NCBI GenBank assembly: GCA_018674175.1
Contig: JABHAT010000016.1
Location: 215,058-279,057 of the forward strand
Source of the DNA: Gammaproteobacteria bacterium
GTDB taxonomy: Bacteria > Pseudomonadota > Gammaproteobacteria > Poriferisulfidales > GCA-002705445
Direction: 5' to 3'
DNA: 64,000 nucleotides
Below, piece by piece: positions 61,373-64,000 of the stretch; position 1 is the first letter of the stretch; the number at the start of each line of letters is the position of its first letter. A program made the position numbers and the translations under genes. The notes under the pieces are model-generated. The model worked only from the letters and a program-made list of their open reading frames with translations, did not search any database and was not told where the DNA came from.

Positions 61373-62803
61373 CTAGCTCATATTTAATGCTTGAACAATT
61401 TCTTCAGTTGTTTTCTTAGCGTCTCCAAGTAACATCATTGTTTTATCTCTGAAAAATAAATCGTTATCAACTCCTGCATAACCAGAAGCCATAGATCGTT
61501 TCAAAAATAAAGTTGTTGCAGCTTTTTCAACATCTAATATCGGCATACCATAAATTGGACTTTGTGGATCTGTTTTTGCCAATGGATTTGTTACATCATT
61601 AGCTCCTATTACAAATGCTACATCTGCTGTAGCAAATTCATGGTTAATTTCTTCAAGCTCAAAAACTTCATCATAAGGTACGTTTGCTTCAGCTAACAAT
61701 ACATTCATATGACCTGGCATTCTTCCTGCTACTGGATGTATTGCATATCTTACCTCAACACCTTTTGATTTAAGTATGTCACACATTTCTCTTAGTGCAT
61801 GTTGCGCTTGCGAAACAGCCATTCCATATCCTGGCACAATAATTACTTTCTGTGCGTTGCTCATAATGAAAGATGCGTCATCTGCACTACCTTGTTTAAC
61901 ATTTCCTTTTGGGCCACCTGCGGCTGCGACTGCAGCTGCATCACTATCACCACCAAAACCACCAAGCAATACACTTACTATTGATCTATTCATTCCTTTA
62001 CACATTATGTAACTTAGAATAGCTCCAGAAGAACCAACTAATGCCCCTGTAATAATTAAAGCTGTATTTTGAAGTGTAAAACCAATTCCACATGCTGCCC
62101 ATCCAGAATAAGAATTCAACATTGATACAACAACTGGCATATCAGCTCCACCAATTGGAAGAACAACTAAGAAACCTATAAAGAACGATAGTCCAACTAT
62201 TGCCCAAAAATATTGTTCAGTTGTAGGATCCATAGGATCTACGGCTGTCATATAAATTAAAGCTAAAATACCTAAAAATATTACAAGATTAATTAAGTGC
62301 TGACCCTTAAATACTAGTGGATTTCCACTCACTAAACCTTGCAGCTTTGCAAAAGCAATTACTGATCCTGAGAAAGTTATTGCACCAATTGCTAAACCTA
62401 GACTCATTTCAATCATACTTCCTGTGCTTATTATTCCACCGTCAAAGAATGCGCCTGGATTCTTATATGCTCCAATTGCAACAAAAACCGCTGCAAGACC
62501 AACTAAACTATGAAATGCAGCTACCAATTGTGGCAATGCTGTCATACTAATTTTTCTGGCTAGGATAGATCCAAAAATACCACCTATCGCTACTGCTATA
62601 ATTATATTTGTATAACTTGATAACTGTAAATCTTCATTTTCTACATAACCCTTATAAAGAGTAGTTGCTACTGCTATAGCCATTCCTAACATTCCATATG
62701 TATTTCCTTTTCTAGCTGAAACAGGAGAGGAAAGACCTTTTAGTGCTAAAATAAAAAGTACACCCGAAAGAAGATATGCAAAACCAATTATTGTTGTATT
62801 CAT
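61373..62803 (-). CDS. pntB: NAD(P) transhydrogenase subunit beta
   Basis: 476-aa ORF with an N-terminal polytopic domain and C-terminal dIII (PGYGMAVSQAQH, GRMPGHMNVLLAEA, GANDVTNP). Confidence 0.96.
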   Translation of the reverse strand: MNTTIIGFAYLLSGVLFILALKGLSSPVSARKGNTYGMLGMAIAVATTLYKGYVENEDLQLSSYTNIIIAVAIGGIFGSILARKISMTALPQLVAAFHSLVGLAAVFVAIGAYKNPGAFFDGGIISTGSMIEMSLGLAIGAITFSGSVIAFAKLQGLVSGNPLVFKGQHLINLVIFLGILALIYMTAVDPMDPTTEQYFWAIVGLSFFIGFLVVLPIGGADMPVVVSMLNSYSGWAACGIGFTLQNTALIITGALVGSSGAILSYIMCKGMNRSIVSVLLGGFGGDSDAAAVAAAGGPKGNVKQGSADDASFIMSNAQKVIIVPGYGMAVSQAQHALREMCDILKSKGVEVRYAIHPVAGRMPGHMNVLLAEANVPYDEVFELEEINHEFATADVAFVIGANDVTNPLAKTDPQSPIYGMPILDVEKAATTLFLKRSMASGYAGVDNDLFFRDKTMMLLGDAKKTTEEIVQALNMS

Positions 62804-62818
62804 TTATATTTACCTTTT

Positions 62819-63103
62819 TTATTTTTTCTTTTTAAACATTGCTAACATTCTTTGTGCAACCATAAAACCACCAAATATATTTACGGATGCTAAAAGAACG
62901 GCGATTAATCCCATTGTGCTAGATAGATCTATCAAGCCTTCGCTAGCTACCGCAGCGATAAGACCACCAACAATTATTACTGATGATATTGCATTTGTTA
63001 CAGCTAAAAGAGGAGAATGCAATGCTGGAGTAACGCCCCAAACAACATAAAATCCTACAAAGACTGATAATACAAAAATTGAAAACAAACTTAAAAAATC
63101 CAT
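62819..63103 (-). CDS. pntAB: NAD(P) transhydrogenase subunit alpha part 2 (membrane helices)
   Basis: 94-aa ORF with three TM segments (ALHSPLLAVTNAISSVIIVGG), lying between pntAA and pntB. Confidence 0.9.
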   Translation of the reverse strand: MDFLSLFSIFVLSVFVGFYVVWGVTPALHSPLLAVTNAISSVIIVGGLIAAVASEGLIDLSSTMGLIAVLLASVNIFGGFMVAQRMLAMFKKKK

Positions 63104-64000
63104 TATGAAACTCCTTTAACGATTTCACTTACTATACTGCCACCTTTAGTTACCAAGGTGTTTTTTACTGTCTCGTCTTCCCAATCTAATTCTAAACTCT
63201 TTGACTCACTATTTACATGAGGAGAAAGGAAGTTCAGTAAATTTTTTGCAAACAATGTGCTGGCATCTTTTGGGAGCTCACCTGGAAGGTTATCGTAACC
63301 AACAATTTTAACTCCATCAGCGTCGACCACTTCATTTCTTTTTGTTAAATCACAATTACCACCCATTTCCGCTGCTAAGTCGACTACAACTGAACCGGTT
63401 TTCATTAAACCAACCATTTCTGCTGTAACTAATTTTGGAGCAGGCCTGCCTGGTATTAAAGCAGTTGTAATAACGATATCTTGATCTTTAATATGATTTT
63501 TAATCACTTCTTGTTCTTTCTTTTTATAATCTTCGGTCATTTCTTTTGCATACCCACCAGATGTTTCTGCCTCTTTCATTGCTTCTTCATCTACGATAAG
63601 AAATTTTCCGCCTAAACTTTCAACTTGCTCTTTTGTAGCAGCTCTTACATCATAAGCTGTAACAATTGCGCCCATTCTCTTGGCAGTAGCAATTGCTTGT
63701 AAACCTGCAACACCGACACCCATTATAAATACTTTCGCAGGAGCCACTGTTCCAGCAGCTGTCATCATCATTGGGAAAGCACTATTATAGTTACTAGCTC
63801 CTTTAATTACTGCTTGATAGCCAGATAAATTAGATTGCGACGATAAAACATCCATTGATTGAGCTCTACTAATTCTTGGCATTAGATCCATAGCAAAAGT
63901 TGTTAAAGATGCTTTCGCATATTCTTCTGAATCTTTTTTAGTACTTAAGGCTGACATATGCGCAAGAACCATTGCATCTTTTTTACACATCGAGATTTCA
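63103..64000 (-). CDS. pntAA: NAD(P) transhydrogenase subunit alpha part 1 (dI), C-terminal about 295 aa; N-terminus beyond right window edge
   Basis: The open frame runs to the window edge. It carries the AlaDH/PNT Rossmann motif MGVGVAGLQAIATAKRMGA, and its stop shares 1 nt with the pntAB start. The track Met at 63990 is an edge artefact. Confidence 0.93.
   Translation of the reverse strand, partial: EISMCKKDAMVLAHMSALSTKKDSEEYAKASLTTFAMDLMPRISRAQSMDVLSSQSNLSGYQAVIKGASNYNSAFPMMMTAAGTVAPAKVFIMGVGVAGLQAIATAKRMGAIVTAYDVRAATKEQVESLGGKFLIVDEEAMKEAETSGGYAKEMTEDYKKKEQEVIKNHIKDQDIVITTALIPGRPAPKLVTAEMVGLMKTGSVVVDLAAEMGGNCDLTKRNEVVDADGVKIVGYDNLPGELPKDASTLFAKNLLNFLSPHVNSESKSLELDWEDETVKNTLVTKGGSIVSEIVKGVS

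Noticed and set aside
1-64000. CRISPR arrays, insertion sequences, prophage or defence-system genes, rRNA and other structured ncRNAs.
   Set aside because: I saw no repeat-spacer periodicity, no transposase/integrase/Cas-like ORFs, and no intergenic region longer than about 150 bp that could hold an undetected RNA gene. The six-frame track is essentially saturated by recognisable housekeeping genes.

Overview
This is an AT-rich (about 30% GC judged by eye, not computed), very gene-dense chromosomal segment. I count about 62 protein-coding genes and one tRNA-Asn(GUU). I found no rRNA, CRISPR array, transposase, integrase or phage genes. Almost every gene is recognisable housekeeping: leuCDB-asd, aroC, psd, efp, htpX, xerD-dsbC, lptGF divergent from pepA-valS, sohB, tsaE-amiB, argDF, phoU/pstCAB/phoBR, nadC, purC, purEK, uvrB, galU, pyrF, lapAB, ihfB, rpsA, cmk, aroA, tyrA, pheA, gyrA, ubiG and pntAA-AB-B. 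The local gene order (gyrA-pheA-tyrA-aroA-cmk-rpsA-ihfB-lapA-lapB-pyrF; uvrB divergent from an aminotransferase; ubiG followed by a HAD phosphatase; xerD-dsbC) looks like a gammaproteobacterium with Pseudomonas/Oceanospirillales-like synteny. The compaction suggests a genome-streamlined, probably free-living marine lineage. That taxonomic call is inference only. All 12 convergent gene junctions overlap or are 12 nt or less apart, and I see only one canonical intrinsic terminator. I did not find a convincing novel multi-gene system such as a defence island, a biosynthetic cluster or a mobile element. The best leads are single genes or pairs. The strongest is an unclassifiable 637-aa protein (19454-21367) that ends in an HPr-kinase-type P-loop 14 residues before its stop and sits divergent from a stand-alone RibD-C-like reductase. 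Others are an orphan nuclease-less UvrD/AddA-like helicase, a DUF3050-like (heme-oxygenase-fold) gene paired with a secreted dienelactone-hydrolase-like esterase next to the tRNA, a pst/pho cluster lacking pstS, a G8 tract in the initiation region of an amino-acid symporter, and an LptF with a forced 60-aa N-terminal extension. All family assignments come from motif recognition in the supplied translations; no searches were run.
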